Notes: generated from the letters alone by a model not told the origin. Counted from the stretch's first letter, positions 40,264 through 51,571 are shown. The stretch: DNA of 64,000 nucleotides from Thiobacillus sp. (GCA_024709685.1 JANJWF010000011.1:9441-73440), one strand, 5' to 3'. A program made the numbers and translations.

Positions 40264-40818
40264 ATGGCCGTCGGCAACGCGAAAACCCTGGCCAAGCTGG
40301 TCGTCGTGACGCTCGGCATGTTCGGTTTCGGCTTCGCCCTGGTGCCGTTCTATTACAAGATCTGCGAAGTCACCGGCATCAACTCCGGCGCCGAGCAAAG
40401 CCTGGCGAAGAACAGCCACGTCGACGCCAGCCGCTGGGTGACGCTGGAATTCGATGCCAATATCAACGCGGCCCTGCCGTGGCAGTTCAAGCCCGTGCAG
40501 CGCAGCCTCAAGGTGCACCCGGGCGAGTTGGTGCAGATGGAATACGAGGTGGTCAATACCGGCGATCGGCCCGTCGTGGGGCGGGCGGTTCCCAGCTACG
40601 GTCCCGCGCGCGCGGCTGCATTCATCAAGAAAATCGAGTGCTTCTGCTTCACCCCGCAAACCCTGGCGGCGGGTGAGTCCCGCCGCATGCCGGTGATGTT
40701 CGTGTTGGACCCCGCCATGGATCCGGACATCCATACCGTGACCCTCTCTTACACCTTCTTCAGCGTCGACGGGAAGACGCAGGCAGATGGCCTGCAGGAG
40801 GGAGCGTCACGTGGCTGA
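40264..40818 (+). CDS. ctaG: Cytochrome c oxidase assembly protein CtaG/Cox11
   Basis: MFGFGFALVPFY..ICEVTGIN and the copper motif KIECFCF. Confidence 0.95.
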   Translation: MAVGNAKTLAKLVVVTLGMFGFGFALVPFYYKICEVTGINSGAEQSLAKNSHVDASRWVTLEFDANINAALPWQFKPVQRSLKVHPGELVQMEYEVVNTGDRPVVGRAVPSYGPARAAAFIKKIECFCFTPQTLAAGESRRMPVMFVLDPAMDPDIHTVTLSYTFFSVDGKTQADGLQEGASRG

Positions 40819-41008
40819 GGGCGGGAATCTCAAGGCTGTGCTTGCCGTGTTCTGGGGTTTCTTCGGTGTCCGCAAGCGGCGCGATTACGATGCCGACGCA
40901 CAGAATCTGACGCCGGTGCAGATCATCATCGCCGGCCTGATCGGTGGGCTACTGTTCATATTGACGCTGTTGCTGCTGGTGTTCCTGATGTTGCAGTTCG
41001 TGAAGTGA
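40811..41008 (+). CDS. DUF2970-type small membrane protein
   Basis: AVFWGFFGVRKRRDYDAD...PVQIIIAG. Confidence 0.8.
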   Translation: MAEGGNLKAVLAVFWGFFGVRKRRDYDADAQNLTPVQIIIAGLIGGLLFILTLLLLVFLMLQFVK

Positions 41009-41039
41009 GCGATCCACGAAACAAGAAAGAGGAGACGCG

Positions 41040-41906
41040 ATGAGCCTGGCACAAACGGGCAAATATTATCTGCCGCAGCCCTCGCTGTGGCCGATCATCG
41101 GCTCGGCCGCACTGCTGTTGATGGCGGTGGGCGGCGTCATGATCCTGCGCGAGATCCATAACGGCGGCTGGGTGCTCCTGGCGGGGGTGGCAATTCTCTT
41201 CTTCATGATGTTCGGGTGGTTCGGCGAAGTGATTCGCGACAGTGAGGCGGGGCGCTACAACAAGCAGGTCGATGCCTCATTCCGCTGGTCGATGAGCTGG
41301 TTCATCTTTTCCGAGGTGATGTTCTTCGCCGCCTTTTTCGGCGCACTGTTTTACACCCGGGTGCTGTCGGTGCCATGGCTGGGTGAAGGCGATACCATGC
41401 AGCAGCTATGGCCCGGATTCAAGGCAACCTGGCCAACTGCCGGGCCAGGATTGGCAGCGGAAGGGTACCAGTTCACCCCGATGGTGGCGTGGGGAATTCC
41501 GGCGATCAACACGCTGTTGCTGCTGTCTTCGGGGGTGACCGTGACCTGGGCGCACTGGGGGCTGAAGAAGGGCAGGCGTGGGCAACTGATTATGGGGCTG
41601 GCGATGACCGTGACGCTGGGTTCGGTCTTTCTCGGCCTGCAGGCCTACGAATACCATCATGCCTACACCGAAATGGGACTGACGCTGGGTGCGGGCGTCT
41701 ACGGCGCGACCTTCTTCATGTTGACCGGGTTTCACGGCTTTCACGTGCTGGTGGGGACGACGATGCTGATCGTGATGCTGCTGCGCTCGATTGCCGGGCA
41801 TTTCACGGCGGAACACCATTTCGCATTCGAGGCGGTGTCGTGGTACTGGCATTTTGTCGACGCGGTGTGGGCGCTGCTGTTCATCCTCGTGTACTGGCTG
41901 CTCTAG
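41040..41906 (+). CDS. coxC: Cytochrome c oxidase subunit III
   Basis: WFIFSEVMFF, NTLLLLSSG, FFMLTGFHGFHV, WYWHFVD. Confidence 0.96.
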   Translation: MSLAQTGKYYLPQPSLWPIIGSAALLLMAVGGVMILREIHNGGWVLLAGVAILFFMMFGWFGEVIRDSEAGRYNKQVDASFRWSMSWFIFSEVMFFAAFFGALFYTRVLSVPWLGEGDTMQQLWPGFKATWPTAGPGLAAEGYQFTPMVAWGIPAINTLLLLSSGVTVTWAHWGLKKGRRGQLIMGLAMTVTLGSVFLGLQAYEYHHAYTEMGLTLGAGVYGATFFMLTGFHGFHVLVGTTMLIVMLLRSIAGHFTAEHHFAFEAVSWYWHFVDAVWALLFILVYWLL

Positions 41907-41962
41907 CAACCGGCAAAGTGCCGCGTCGGGCACCGTACTGGAGGTCTTGATGCGTGGGGTGG

Positions 41963-42163
41963 TCAGCGCAAGCCGTTTTGCGGGATGAGGCCGAAATAGT
42001 ATCCGCCCATCAGCAGCAGGAACAGGGCGAGGGAGAGGCCGACGCGCAGCGTGAGCATCTTCACGGTGCGGTCGGATTGCCCCTTGTCCCTGATGAGGTA
42101 GTAGAGCGCGCTGGCGAGGCTGGCCAGAATCAATACCATGAAAAGCAGCACAATGATTCGCAT
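41963..42163 (-). CDS. Twin-transmembrane-helix small protein (DUF2909-like)
   Basis: SLASALYYLIRDKG..RTVKMLTLRVGLS; the usual inverted position between coxC and surf1. Confidence 0.85.
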   Translation of the reverse strand: MRIIVLLFMVLILASLASALYYLIRDKGQSDRTVKMLTLRVGLSLALFLLLMGGYYFGLIPQNGLR

Positions 42164-42208
42164 GGAAGTGTCCATTCAAAATCTGAGTCTAGTCGGATTG
42201 CCGGTCCC

Positions 42209-42958
42209 GTGCATTGGCTGAAAATACGTGTCGGAGCATGGCAGTTTGCGCCGGCCTTGTGGCCGACGCTGGCAGCGCTGTTTTTCCTGATCCTGACGGT
42301 TTCGCTCGGCAACTGGCAGAGCGAACGCGCCGACATCAAGCGCGCCCTGCAGGCGCGTTACGATGCCGCGGTGCGCGAGCCGCCCGTCCACATCGGCGGC
42401 ACGCTGCTCGGTCGTGACGAGGTGCTGTATCGAAAGCTGGAGGTCGCTGGTGTATTCGATGACGCGCACACCATCCTGCTCGACAACCGCGTGATGAACG
42501 GCGTGGCCGGCTATCACGTGCTGACGCCGCTGCGGATCGACGGTGGTCCGCTCGCGATCCTGGTCAACCGCGGCTGGGTGGCGGTGGGGCTCACCCGCGA
42601 GCAGGTGCCGAAGCCGCCGACGCCGGCAGGCAGGGTGGAACTGGAAGGCCTGGCGGTCGATCTGCATTCGCGCTTTGTCGAGCTGGCCGCGACGGCGCCG
42701 CAGGGGCGTGTCTGGCAGAACCTCGATGTTGCGCGTTACGCGGAAATCAGCGGCCTGACGCTGCAGCCGGTCCTGCTGCAACAGACCAGCGACGGGGCGG
42801 ATGGATTGCTGCGCAACTGGCCGCGCCCCGATACCGGGGTTGCGACCCATGTCAGCTACGCCATCCAGTGGTACGGCCTGGCGACGACACTGACGGTGCT
42901 GTGGCTGGTCTTGAATGTGAGGCGCCACCGCGGCGGTCACGTGGAATCCACCCCCTGA
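42209..42958 (+). CDS. SURF1 family cytochrome oxidase biogenesis protein
   Basis: LGNWQ..RA..K, LLDNR, GYHVLTP, LVNRGWV, H.SYAIQW. Start uncertain. Confidence 0.9.
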   Translation: MHWLKIRVGAWQFAPALWPTLAALFFLILTVSLGNWQSERADIKRALQARYDAAVREPPVHIGGTLLGRDEVLYRKLEVAGVFDDAHTILLDNRVMNGVAGYHVLTPLRIDGGPLAILVNRGWVAVGLTREQVPKPPTPAGRVELEGLAVDLHSRFVELAATAPQGRVWQNLDVARYAEISGLTLQPVLLQQTSDGADGLLRNWPRPDTGVATHVSYAIQWYGLATTLTVLWLVLNVRRHRGGHVESTP

Positions 42959-42975
42959 TAATAATGATGAGAGCC

Positions 42976-43539
42976 ATGCAGCTGAATCCGCGCATTAAAT
43001 TCGTGTTGTTGATCGGCGTATTCGTGGCGCCGGTGGTGGCCGCCTGGCTCGCCTATTCCGGCTGGCATCCGGCGGGGCGCACCAACTATGGTGACCTGCT
43101 CGAGGTGGCGCCGTTGCAGCAGACATCCGGCACGGTTCACGATGGTGCCCCGTTTGACCTGGGGGCGCTGCGCGGCAAGTGGTTGATGGTGCACGTCGGC
43201 CCGGCGCGTTGCGACGCGGCCTGTGCGCGACAGCTGTACCTGATGCGCCAGACGAGGATCGCCCAGGGCAAGGAGCAATCGCGTATCGCGCGGCTGTGGG
43301 TGTTGACCGACGCCGGCGCGGTTGCCCCCGCACTGCTGCAGGATCACCCCGGCCTGTATGTGTGGCACCCAGCCAAGGCAGACTTTGCCGAACAGTTCCC
43401 TGCGGTGCACAACAGGATTGATCATATCTACCTGGTCGACCCGCTGGGCAACCTGATGCTGCGTTTCCCCGCGCAACCGGATGCCAGGCGCATGATGAAA
43501 GACCTCAAGCTGCTGCTCAAGGCTTCCCAGATCGGATAG
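42976..43539 (+). CDS. SCO-like thioredoxin-fold membrane-anchored protein of the cox cluster
   Basis: N-terminal TM, TNYGDLL, GKWLMV, CDAAC, LVDPLGNLMLRF, KDLKLLLK. Confidence 0.8.
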   Translation: MQLNPRIKFVLLIGVFVAPVVAAWLAYSGWHPAGRTNYGDLLEVAPLQQTSGTVHDGAPFDLGALRGKWLMVHVGPARCDAACARQLYLMRQTRIAQGKEQSRIARLWVLTDAGAVAPALLQDHPGLYVWHPAKADFAEQFPAVHNRIDHIYLVDPLGNLMLRFPAQPDARRMMKDLKLLLKASQIG

Positions 43540-43551
43540 GCGACCCCCGCC

Positions 43552-44535
43552 ATGACGTTCTATCGCAATCTCCTTCTGGCAGCGCTCATTCTCACCTTCG
43601 GGGTGGTGAGCCTCGGCGCCTATGTGCGGCTGTCCGACGCCGGTCTTGGATGCCCCGATTGGCCGGGGTGCTACGGCAAGCTGACGCCGCACCATGCGGC
43701 GGACGCCATCGACGCCGAGCTTGCCGAGCGCCCCGACGGCCCGGTATCGCATGCCAAGGCGTGGAAGGAAATGGCGCACCGTTATTTTGCCGGCACGCTC
43801 GGACTGCTGGTGCTGGGGATCGCGGTCCTGGGCTGGCGTCAGCAGCGCACGGTTGCCGGCGGCCCGGGTCTGCCGTGGCTGCTGCTGGGGTTGATCGTGT
43901 TCCAGGCCCTGCTGGGGATGTGGACGGTCACGCAGCTGCTCAAGCCGCTGGTCGTCACCGCACATCTGCTGGGGGGCATGGCCACCTTGTCACTGTTGCT
44001 GTGGGTGTGGCTGCGTGAACGCAGTCGCTTCAGCCATGCCTACGATGCGCGCATCGACTCCCTGCGCGCGGCTGCGACGTTGGGCCTGGCGCTGGTGGTG
44101 ACCCAAATTGCACTGGGTGGATGGGTGAGCTCCAATTACGCAGCGCTGGCGTGCACGGATTTTCCTCTCTGCCAGGGCGTGTGGATGCCCGCGATGGATT
44201 TTGAGCCGGGCTTCACCCTGCACCGCGAACTGGGCGAAACCGCAACGGGCGATTTACTGCCGATGACCGCGCTGACTGCGATCCACTGGGCGCATCGGGT
44301 CATGGCCCTGATCGTCGCCCTGTATCTGGGCTGGCTCGTGCTGCGCCTGTTGCGTGCGCCGGGGTATGCCGGCATGGCACTGGTTGTCGGCAGCCTGCTG
44401 GCGCTGCAGGTGTCGCTGGGAATCAGCAATGTGCTGCTGAGCCTCCCGCTGGCCGTGGCGGTGGCACACAACGCGGGCGCTGCGCTGTTGCTTGCTAGTC
44501 TGGTGTGGCTGAACAGCCGGATATACAGGAGATGA
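43552..44535 (+). CDS. ctaA: Heme A synthase (COX15/CtaA)
   Basis: [39 protein letters not shown]. Confidence 0.94.
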   Translation: MTFYRNLLLAALILTFGVVSLGAYVRLSDAGLGCPDWPGCYGKLTPHHAADAIDAELAERPDGPVSHAKAWKEMAHRYFAGTLGLLVLGIAVLGWRQQRTVAGGPGLPWLLLGLIVFQALLGMWTVTQLLKPLVVTAHLLGGMATLSLLLWVWLRERSRFSHAYDARIDSLRAAATLGLALVVTQIALGGWVSSNYAALACTDFPLCQGVWMPAMDFEPGFTLHRELGETATGDLLPMTALTAIHWAHRVMALIVALYLGWLVLRLLRAPGYAGMALVVGSLLALQVSLGISNVLLSLPLAVAVAHNAGAALLLASLVWLNSRIYRR

Positions 44536-45434
44536 GCATGGGATCCATGGTGATCGAAACTGCGGCGGGTCGCTGCCAGAAGTTCCTGGCACTGTGCAAG
44601 TTGCGGGTTGTCAGCCTGATTGTGTTCACCGCGGTCATCGGCATGTTTCTCGCCGTGCCCGGCTGGCCGAATTGGAGCGCGCTGTGGGCGGGGACATTAG
44701 GCATCGCGCTCGTGGCAGGTGCGGCGGCGGCATTCAATTGCCTGGTGGAGCAGAAAATCGACGCCGTGATGGCCCGCACGCGTGCCCGCCCGCTGCCGCG
44801 CGGCGAGCTCACCAGTGCCGAGACGCTGGCGTTTTCCGGCGTGACCGGCGGTATCGGACTCGCGCTGCTGCATGTCTTCGTCAACCCGCTCACCATGTGG
44901 CTGACCTTGGCGACCTTCGTCGGCTACGCGGTGATCTATACGGTGCTGCTGAAGCCGGCCACGCCGCAAAATATCGTGATCGGGGGCGCTTCCGGCGCGA
45001 TGCCGCCGGTGTTGGGATGGGTTGCGGCCACCGGTGAGATCCACCACGATGCCCTGCTGCTGTTCCTGGTCATTTTCGCCTGGACGCCGCCCCATTTCTG
45101 GGCACTGGCGCTCTACCGCCGCGACGAATACGCCCGCGCCGGCTTGCCGATGCTGCCGGTGACCCACGGCGAGGCATATACTCGCCTGCATCTGCTGCTT
45201 TATACCCTGCTGCTGTTTGCCGTGACCATGCTGCCCGTCGGCACCGGCATGGGCGGCTGGATTTATCTGGTCGGTGCCGTGCTGCTGGGCGGCCGTTTCA
45301 TCCAATACAGCTGGAGGCTCTATCGCCAGTACAGCGACGCGCTGGCGAAGGAAACCTTCCGCTATTCCATCTGGTATTTGAGCCTGCTGTTTGCGGTCAT
45401 GCTGGTGGATCATTACGTCGTGATACCCATTTGA
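44532..45434 (+). CDS. cyoE: Protoheme IX farnesyltransferase (heme o synthase)
   Basis: [39 protein letters not shown]. Confidence 0.95.
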   Translation: MSMGSMVIETAAGRCQKFLALCKLRVVSLIVFTAVIGMFLAVPGWPNWSALWAGTLGIALVAGAAAAFNCLVEQKIDAVMARTRARPLPRGELTSAETLAFSGVTGGIGLALLHVFVNPLTMWLTLATFVGYAVIYTVLLKPATPQNIVIGGASGAMPPVLGWVAATGEIHHDALLLFLVIFAWTPPHFWALALYRRDEYARAGLPMLPVTHGEAYTRLHLLLYTLLLFAVTMLPVGTGMGGWIYLVGAVLLGGRFIQYSWRLYRQYSDALAKETFRYSIWYLSLLFAVMLVDHYVVIPI

Positions 45435-45528
45435 TTTTTCTTCCGATTTGCACGGGAAGCCGAGCATATAACTGGATATCAGGACAGGATTGTTTTATAT
45501 TTGCCCGATTCAATCGCAGGGGCACGAG

Positions 45529-45993
45529 ATGATCCTCTCCCGAACCAGCCAATATGCCGTGCAGGCGTTGATCTACATGGCGACCCAGCCGGGCGCCACG
45601 CCTGTGCTGAACAAAGACATTGCGGCGCAACTCGGCGTGCCCGCGCCGTACCTCGCCAAAATCCTGCAAAGCCTTGCCAAGGGAAACCTGCTGTTTTCCT
45701 TCCGCGGGCGTCTCGGCGGTTTCTGCTTGCGCGAGGACGGCGAAAAGACCACCCTCATGCAGATTCTGCTGCTGACCGAAGGACCCGCATTCACGCAGAG
45801 CTGTCTCCTGGGGCTGAAAAAATGCAGCGATGAGACGGCCTGCCCGCTGCATTTCCGCTGGGTGCCCGTGAAGAAGAAAATCATCGATCTGCTGCAGGAG
45901 ACCACGCTGGAGAAGCTGGCGAAGGCGGTTGAATCCGGCAAATACCGCCTCGCCGACGTCCCGGGGATGCTTTTCGAGCAGCTCAAGGCGTGA
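45529..45993 (+). CDS. Rrf2 family transcriptional regulator with three Cys (likely Fe-S binding)
   Basis: SRTSQYAVQAL, YLAKILQSL, SFRGRLGGF, CLLGLKKCSDETACPLH. Confidence 0.9.
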   Translation: MILSRTSQYAVQALIYMATQPGATPVLNKDIAAQLGVPAPYLAKILQSLAKGNLLFSFRGRLGGFCLREDGEKTTLMQILLLTEGPAFTQSCLLGLKKCSDETACPLHFRWVPVKKKIIDLLQETTLEKLAKAVESGKYRLADVPGMLFEQLKA

Positions 45994-46583
45994 AACGCTG
46001 GCTCTGCGCCGCCCTGTCGATGGCGGCGTTCACACTGGCGGGCTGCCAGCCCGAACCGCCACCGCCGGCGTTCCAGGCGGCCGACATCACGGGTGCTGAA
46101 TTTGCGCGCGATTTCAGGCTTACCGACCACAATGGCCAGGTGCGTACCCTCAAGGACTTCAGGGGCAAAGTCGTCGCCATCTTTTTCGGTTATACCCATT
46201 GCCCGGATGTCTGCCCCACCACCCTGTCCGACTTTGCGGCCGCACTGAAGCTGCTGGGGCCGCAGGCAGACAGGGTGCAGGTGATTTTCGTGACGGTCGA
46301 TCCCGAACGCGACACCCAGGAAGTACTTCGGGCGTTCGTGCCGGCCTTTAATCCCAGTTTTCTTGGAATGGTCGCCGATGGGGAAACCCTGCGGCAGCTT
46401 GCGAAAGAGTACAGATTGGTCTATCAAAAGACGGCGGTGAAGTCCGCGGACGACTATCTGATTGACCACAGCGCCGGCACATATGTTTATGACACGCGCG
46501 GGAGTTTACGACTGCGGATGCCCTATGGCAGCAGCCCGGAAGCCATCGCGCAGGATCTGAACACCCTTTTGGCAACATCCTGA
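45990..46583 (+). CDS. SCO1/SenC copper chaperone lipoprotein
   Basis: Lipobox LAGC, FGYTHCPDVCP, VTVDPERD, IDHSA. Confidence 0.93.
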   Translation: MKRWLCAALSMAAFTLAGCQPEPPPPAFQAADITGAEFARDFRLTDHNGQVRTLKDFRGKVVAIFFGYTHCPDVCPTTLSDFAAALKLLGPQADRVQVIFVTVDPERDTQEVLRAFVPAFNPSFLGMVADGETLRQLAKEYRLVYQKTAVKSADDYLIDHSAGTYVYDTRGSLRLRMPYGSSPEAIAQDLNTLLATS

Positions 46584-46715
46584 GCCGGGTCGGCTTGCAG
46601 AATACGGGTTAAATCTCTTATAATTTTTAGAGTTTTTCTAAAGATTTTAATATACTCATAAGCTGTTTGAGGCGCCGTGGCGGGCGCTATTCCAGGTACA
46701 AGAGGGAGCGGTTCG

Positions 46716-48170
46716 ATGGCGGTAACCACGTATTCCGGGGCTGAGCAGTACAACTTCGATGTCGTCAAGAAATTTGCCATCATGTCGCTCGTCTGGGCGG
46801 TGGTCGGCATGTTTGTCGGGGTGTATATCGCCTCCGAACTGGCTTGGCCGTTTCTAAACTTCGATAGCCCGTACTTCTCGTTCGGGCGCTTCCGCCCGGT
46901 CCATACCAGTGCGGTAATCTTCGGCTTCGGCGGCTCGGCGCTGTTTGCCACCTCCTACTACGTCGTGCAGCGTACCTGCCAGACCCGTCTGGTTTCCGAC
47001 GGCATGGCGAGCTTCACCTTCTGGGGCTGGCAGACGGTCATCGTTCTGGCCGCCCTGTCCTACGTCATGGGCTATTCGCAGGGCCGCGAATACGCCGAGA
47101 TGGAATGGCCGATCGACCTGCTGGTCGAAGTGGTGTGGGTGAGCTACCTGATCGTGTATGTAGGCACCATCATGCGCCGCAAGCAGCCGCATATCTACGT
47201 CGCCAACTGGTTCTATCTGTCCTTTATCCTGGCGACCGCGCTGCTGCACACGTTCAACAACCTGGCGATGCCCGTCGACCTGTTCTCGATGAAATCGTAC
47301 AGCCTGTTCTCCGGCACCCAGGACGCGATGACCCAATGGTGGTACGGCCACAACGCGGTGGGCTTCTTTCTCACTGCGGCCTTCCTGGGCATGATGTACT
47401 ACTTCGTGCCGAAACAGGCCGGCCGTCCGATCTACTCCTATCGCCTGTCGATCGTCCATTTCTGGGCGCTCTCCTTCATGTACATGTGGGTGGGCGGTCA
47501 CCACCTGCATTGGACCGCGCTGCCCGACTGGACTTCGTCGCTGGCCGCAGCCTTCTCGATCCTGCTGCTGATGCCCTCGTGGGGCGGCATGATCAACGGC
47601 ATCATGACCCTGTCTGGCGCGTGGGACAAGATGCGCACCGACCCGGTGATGCGCTTCATGATCGTCGCGCTGTCGTTCTACGGCATGTCGACCTTCGAAG
47701 GTCCGATGATGTCCCTGAAGGAAGTGAACGCGCTGTCGCACTACACCGACTGGACCGTGGGCCACGTTCACTCCGGCGCGCTCGGCTGGGTGGCCATGAT
47801 TTCCTTCGGTTCGCTGTATCACATGATCCCCAAGCTGTGGGAAACCAAGATCTACAGCGGCAGACTGGTCGAGTGGCACTTCTGGCTCGCCACCATCGGC
47901 ATCGTGCTGTACATCGTGGCAATGTGGATTTCCGGGATTACCCAGGGCTTGATGTGGCGTGCCTTTGACGAGTTCGGCAACCTGCAGTACTCGTTCGTCG
48001 AGTCGGTCGCGGCGATGGTGCCCTTCTACGCGATGCGCGCCATCGGCGGCATGTTCTTCCTGACCGGCGCTTCGATGATGGCCTTCAACATGTTCATGAC
48101 CATCCGTCAGGGCAAGCGCGAGAACGCTGCATTGGAAGCCAGGCTGGCTGCCAAGATGGCTCAGGCATGA
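46716..48170 (+). CDS. ccoN: cbb3-type cytochrome c oxidase subunit I
   Basis: [35 protein letters not shown]; RBS GAGGGAG. Confidence 0.96.
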   Translation: MAVTTYSGAEQYNFDVVKKFAIMSLVWAVVGMFVGVYIASELAWPFLNFDSPYFSFGRFRPVHTSAVIFGFGGSALFATSYYVVQRTCQTRLVSDGMASFTFWGWQTVIVLAALSYVMGYSQGREYAEMEWPIDLLVEVVWVSYLIVYVGTIMRRKQPHIYVANWFYLSFILATALLHTFNNLAMPVDLFSMKSYSLFSGTQDAMTQWWYGHNAVGFFLTAAFLGMMYYFVPKQAGRPIYSYRLSIVHFWALSFMYMWVGGHHLHWTALPDWTSSLAAAFSILLLMPSWGGMINGIMTLSGAWDKMRTDPVMRFMIVALSFYGMSTFEGPMMSLKEVNALSHYTDWTVGHVHSGALGWVAMISFGSLYHMIPKLWETKIYSGRLVEWHFWLATIGIVLYIVAMWISGITQGLMWRAFDEFGNLQYSFVESVAAMVPFYAMRAIGGMFFLTGASMMAFNMFMTIRQGKRENAALEARLAAKMAQA

Positions 48171-48187
48171 TTCAGGAAACATAGATA

Positions 48188-48934
48188 ATGAACTTCAATT
48201 TCAAACACGAGTGGATTGAAACCAATATCGGCCTGATGGCCGTGTTGACCATGATCGCAATCAGCGTTGGCGGTTTGGTCGAAATCGCGCCCCTGTTCTT
48301 CATCGACAAGACCATCGAAAAAGTCGAGGGCGTGCGTCCTTACACGCCGCTGGAACAGCGCGGCCGCGACATCTATATCCGCGAGGGTTGCTACACCTGC
48401 CATTCGCAGATGATCCGCCCGTTCCGCGACGAAAAACTGCGGTACGGCCATTATTCGCTGGCGGCGGAATCGCAGTACGACCATCCCTTCCAGTGGGGCT
48501 CCAAGCGAACCGGACCCGACCTGGCTCGGGTCGGGGCCAAGTACTCGAACGAGTGGCACGTCCAGCACCTGGTGGCGCCGCGTTCTATGGTGCCCGAGTC
48601 GGTGATGCCGAACTACCCGTGGCTGCTTTCGACCCCGCTGGATATTTCCGACACGGCGGCTCGCCTGGAGGCGCTGCGCAAGGTCGGCGTGCCGTATTCG
48701 GCGACGCAGGCGGAACATGACGCCAACGTGACCCAGTTCGGCGAGACTGTCGCCAAGCAGCTGCACATCCCCGATGCGCAGAAAAACCTGGTCGAGCAGG
48801 CAAACTTCGGCAATTACGACGGGGATCGTTCCGGCATTTCCGAGATGGACGCGCTGGTGGCCTACCTGCAGGTGCTGGGCACCATGGTCGATTTCAGCAA
48901 GTACGCCGACGATGCGTTCGTCGACGACCGTTGA
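48188..48934 (+). CDS. ccoO: cbb3-type cytochrome c oxidase subunit II
   Basis: [34 protein letters not shown]. Confidence 0.96.
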   Translation: MNFNFKHEWIETNIGLMAVLTMIAISVGGLVEIAPLFFIDKTIEKVEGVRPYTPLEQRGRDIYIREGCYTCHSQMIRPFRDEKLRYGHYSLAAESQYDHPFQWGSKRTGPDLARVGAKYSNEWHVQHLVAPRSMVPESVMPNYPWLLSTPLDISDTAARLEALRKVGVPYSATQAEHDANVTQFGETVAKQLHIPDAQKNLVEQANFGNYDGDRSGISEMDALVAYLQVLGTMVDFSKYADDAFVDDR

Positions 48935-48958
48935 TCGAGCCCGGCAGGAGATTTGCTG

Positions 48959-49144
48959 ATGGAATGGTTGCTGTGGTTTTCCCGGCCCGAAAACACCAAG
49001 CCCTTGGCCCTGGTCATTTTTTTCGTCACCTTTATCGGCATCGTGGTCTACGTCTACGGCAGCAAGAAGCGGGGTAAGCGACTCGAATCCTACCGCGATA
49101 TACCGTTCCTGGACGACTGGCAAGGCACGAAGGACAAGCAATGA
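48959..49144 (+). CDS. ccoQ: cbb3-type cytochrome c oxidase subunit 3 (CcoQ)
   Basis: Small single-TM protein ending IPFLDD, between ccoO and ccoP. Confidence 0.85.
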   Translation: MEWLLWFSRPENTKPLALVIFFVTFIGIVVYVYGSKKRGKRLESYRDIPFLDDWQGTKDKQ

Positions 49145-50058
49145 GCGAGCAAAAACTACAATCCCAAACCGTACAAACCACTGGTCATGCCTGGGACGGT
49201 GACCTGCAGGAATACAACAATCCGCTTCCCGCGTGGTGGGTCTACACCTTCTATGCCACGGTGATCTTTTCCATCGTGTACTGGATCATCTATCCGTCGT
49301 GGCCGATCGGCAAGAACTGGATCGGCGGCGTTTCGAAAATCACCTACGTCAACAGCGAGGGTGAAACCAAGACCCACAGCTGGAACACCCGCGCACTGCT
49401 GCTTAAAGACCTGAACAAGGCGGCGGTCGAACAGAAGCCTTATTTCGACAAGGTCTCGGCGATGTCCTACGAGCAGATTGCCAAAGACCCCGAGATGAAC
49501 GGCTTCATCCTTTCCTCGGGCAAGACACTATTCGCGGACAACTGTGCACCCTGTCACCAGGCTGGCGGCCAGGGCATGGTGGGCTTCTTCCCCAACCTGA
49601 CTGACGACGACTGGCTGTACGGTGGTTCGTTCGATGCGATTCATACGACCTTGACGGGTGGCCGCCGCGGCTACATGCCATCGTTCAATGAGGTGCTCGA
49701 AGGCGGCCAGATCGACCAGTTGGCCAACTATGTCGCGAGCCTTTCCGGCATCCAGCACGACGGCGCCAAGGCGGCTGCCGGCAATGCGCTGTTCCATGGC
49801 AACGCGGCAGCCTGCTATGTCTGCCACGGCAGCGATGCCAAGGGACGCAAGGAAATCGGTGCCCCCAACCTGACGGACAACATTTGGCTGTGGGCCGACG
49901 TGCCGGCAACAGAAGCCCAAGGCAAGGTCGCCGTTATTCGCGGCGTCATCGCAAACGGCCTCAACAAGGGCGTGATGCCAGCGTGGGCAGACCGCCTGTC
50001 GCCTGAACAAATCAAGGTCTTGACGGTCTATGTCCATGAATTGGGTGGCGGGCAGTAG
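49141..50058 (+). CDS. ccoP: cbb3-type cytochrome c oxidase diheme subunit CcoP
   Basis: TTGHAWDGDLQEYNNPLPAWW, CAPCH, CYVCH, PNLTD. Confidence 0.95.
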   Translation: MSEQKLQSQTVQTTGHAWDGDLQEYNNPLPAWWVYTFYATVIFSIVYWIIYPSWPIGKNWIGGVSKITYVNSEGETKTHSWNTRALLLKDLNKAAVEQKPYFDKVSAMSYEQIAKDPEMNGFILSSGKTLFADNCAPCHQAGGQGMVGFFPNLTDDDWLYGGSFDAIHTTLTGGRRGYMPSFNEVLEGGQIDQLANYVASLSGIQHDGAKAAAGNALFHGNAAACYVCHGSDAKGRKEIGAPNLTDNIWLWADVPATEAQGKVAVIRGVIANGLNKGVMPAWADRLSPEQIKVLTVYVHELGGGQ

Positions 50059-50081
50059 GGTCGCAGGCTGAAGCGCCGAGC

Positions 50082-50106
50082 AAAGCCCCCGTTAACGGGG
50101 GCTTTT
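50082..50106 (+). terminator. Rho-independent terminator after ccoP
   Basis: AAAGCCCCCG-TTAA-CGGGGGCTTTT. Confidence 0.8.
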
Positions 50107-50134
50107 GCTTCCCACCCATCCAACCGGTCGCACC

Positions 50135-51571
50135 ATGCAAAAAGGTTTAGAAGAGCAACTCGGGCTTTACCAGAAGCGCATCCCCATCTTCACCCGCTCG
50201 GTGCAAGGGCCGTTCCGGCGCTTCAAGACCGCGATGCTCGTGTTGGCCTTCGCTGTCTATTTCCTGCTGCCCTGGCTGCCCTGGTCGCGCTTGGATGCGC
50301 CCGCGCAGGCGATATTATTCGACCTTCCGGGGCGCCGCTTCCTGATCTTCGAGTTGACGGTCTACCCGCAAAACGTCATCTGGCTTGCCCTGCTGCTGTT
50401 CATTGCCGCCATCCTGCTGTTCTTCGTCACGGGCCTGGTCGGCCGCGCATTCTGCGGCTATTTCTGCTTCCAGACGCTGTGGACCGATTTCTTCATCTGG
50501 ATCGAGCATAAGGTCCAGGGGGAACGCCCTGCGCGGGTGCGTCTCTATCGCCAGCCCTGGGATCGCGAAAAAATCATCAAGATCGGCAGCACCCATGCCC
50601 TGTGGGTGTTGGCCTCTTTTTGGACGGGGCTGACCTTTGTCGCCTATTTCACCTATGCACCCCAACTGGTGGTGGATTTCTTTACCGGCCAGGCCGCCGC
50701 GGCAGCCTATATCACGATCGGCATCCTCACGCTCTCCACCTACGCCGCCGCAGGCCTGATGCGCGAGCAGATCTGCACCTACGTTTGCCCGTACGGCCGC
50801 TTCCAGAGCGTGATGTATGAACCCGAGACGCTGGCCGTGCATTACGACGCCAGGCGCGGCGAAGCGGCGCATGGGCGGGCCACTGCGCGCGCCGGACAGC
50901 GCACGCTTGCCGAACGCCATGAAAAGGGATTGGGCGACTGCGTCGATTGCGGCCTCTGCGTGCAGGTCTGTCCCACCGGCATCGACATCCGCGACGGCCT
51001 GCAGTACAAGTGCATCTCGTGCGGACTGTGCATCGATGCGTGCAATAGCATCATGGATTCGTTCAATTATCCGCGCGGCCTCATCCGATACGATTCGGAA
51101 AAGAACCTGGGTGCTGCCGTCCCTGCGGCACCCAGGGTTCAATGGAAACGGCTGAAAACCGTCGGCTATGGGGCGGCGCTCATTCTGATGAGTGCCACCC
51201 TCGCCTACAGCATCGGTACGCGGGGCAGCTTCGACCGTGCCGTCAACCAGATTCGTCAGCCGCTTTATGTCGTGCTGTCGAACGGCGATATCCGTAATCG
51301 CTACCAGATCCGCATCACCAACAAAGTGGGCGAGGAGCAGACCTACCTCATCAGCGCGCGGGGCATTCCGGGGGAGGCGCTCGATCTCGGCAATTTCCGC
51401 GAAATTACTGTCAAACCCGGACACAGCGGTTTGGTGCAGGCCAGCGTACGGCTTTCCCCCCAGCAGGCGGCACAAATCCGGCATTTTGAAATCGTCATCA
51501 CCCCGCGGGGTAAACCTGCCGAAGCGCGCAGTGAGGCCGTGCGGTTCGATGGCCCGGGAAGGCGGCCATGA
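50135..51571 (+). CDS. ccoG: Cytochrome c oxidase accessory protein CcoG (4Fe-4S)
   Basis: GRAFCGYFCFQT, CPYGRFQS, CVDCGLCVQVCP, CISCGLCIDAC. Confidence 0.95.
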   Translation: MQKGLEEQLGLYQKRIPIFTRSVQGPFRRFKTAMLVLAFAVYFLLPWLPWSRLDAPAQAILFDLPGRRFLIFELTVYPQNVIWLALLLFIAAILLFFVTGLVGRAFCGYFCFQTLWTDFFIWIEHKVQGERPARVRLYRQPWDREKIIKIGSTHALWVLASFWTGLTFVAYFTYAPQLVVDFFTGQAAAAAYITIGILTLSTYAAAGLMREQICTYVCPYGRFQSVMYEPETLAVHYDARRGEAAHGRATARAGQRTLAERHEKGLGDCVDCGLCVQVCPTGIDIRDGLQYKCISCGLCIDACNSIMDSFNYPRGLIRYDSEKNLGAAVPAAPRVQWKRLKTVGYGAALILMSATLAYSIGTRGSFDRAVNQIRQPLYVVLSNGDIRNRYQIRITNKVGEEQTYLISARGIPGEALDLGNFREITVKPGHSGLVQASVRLSPQQAAQIRHFEIVITPRGKPAEARSEAVRFDGPGRRP

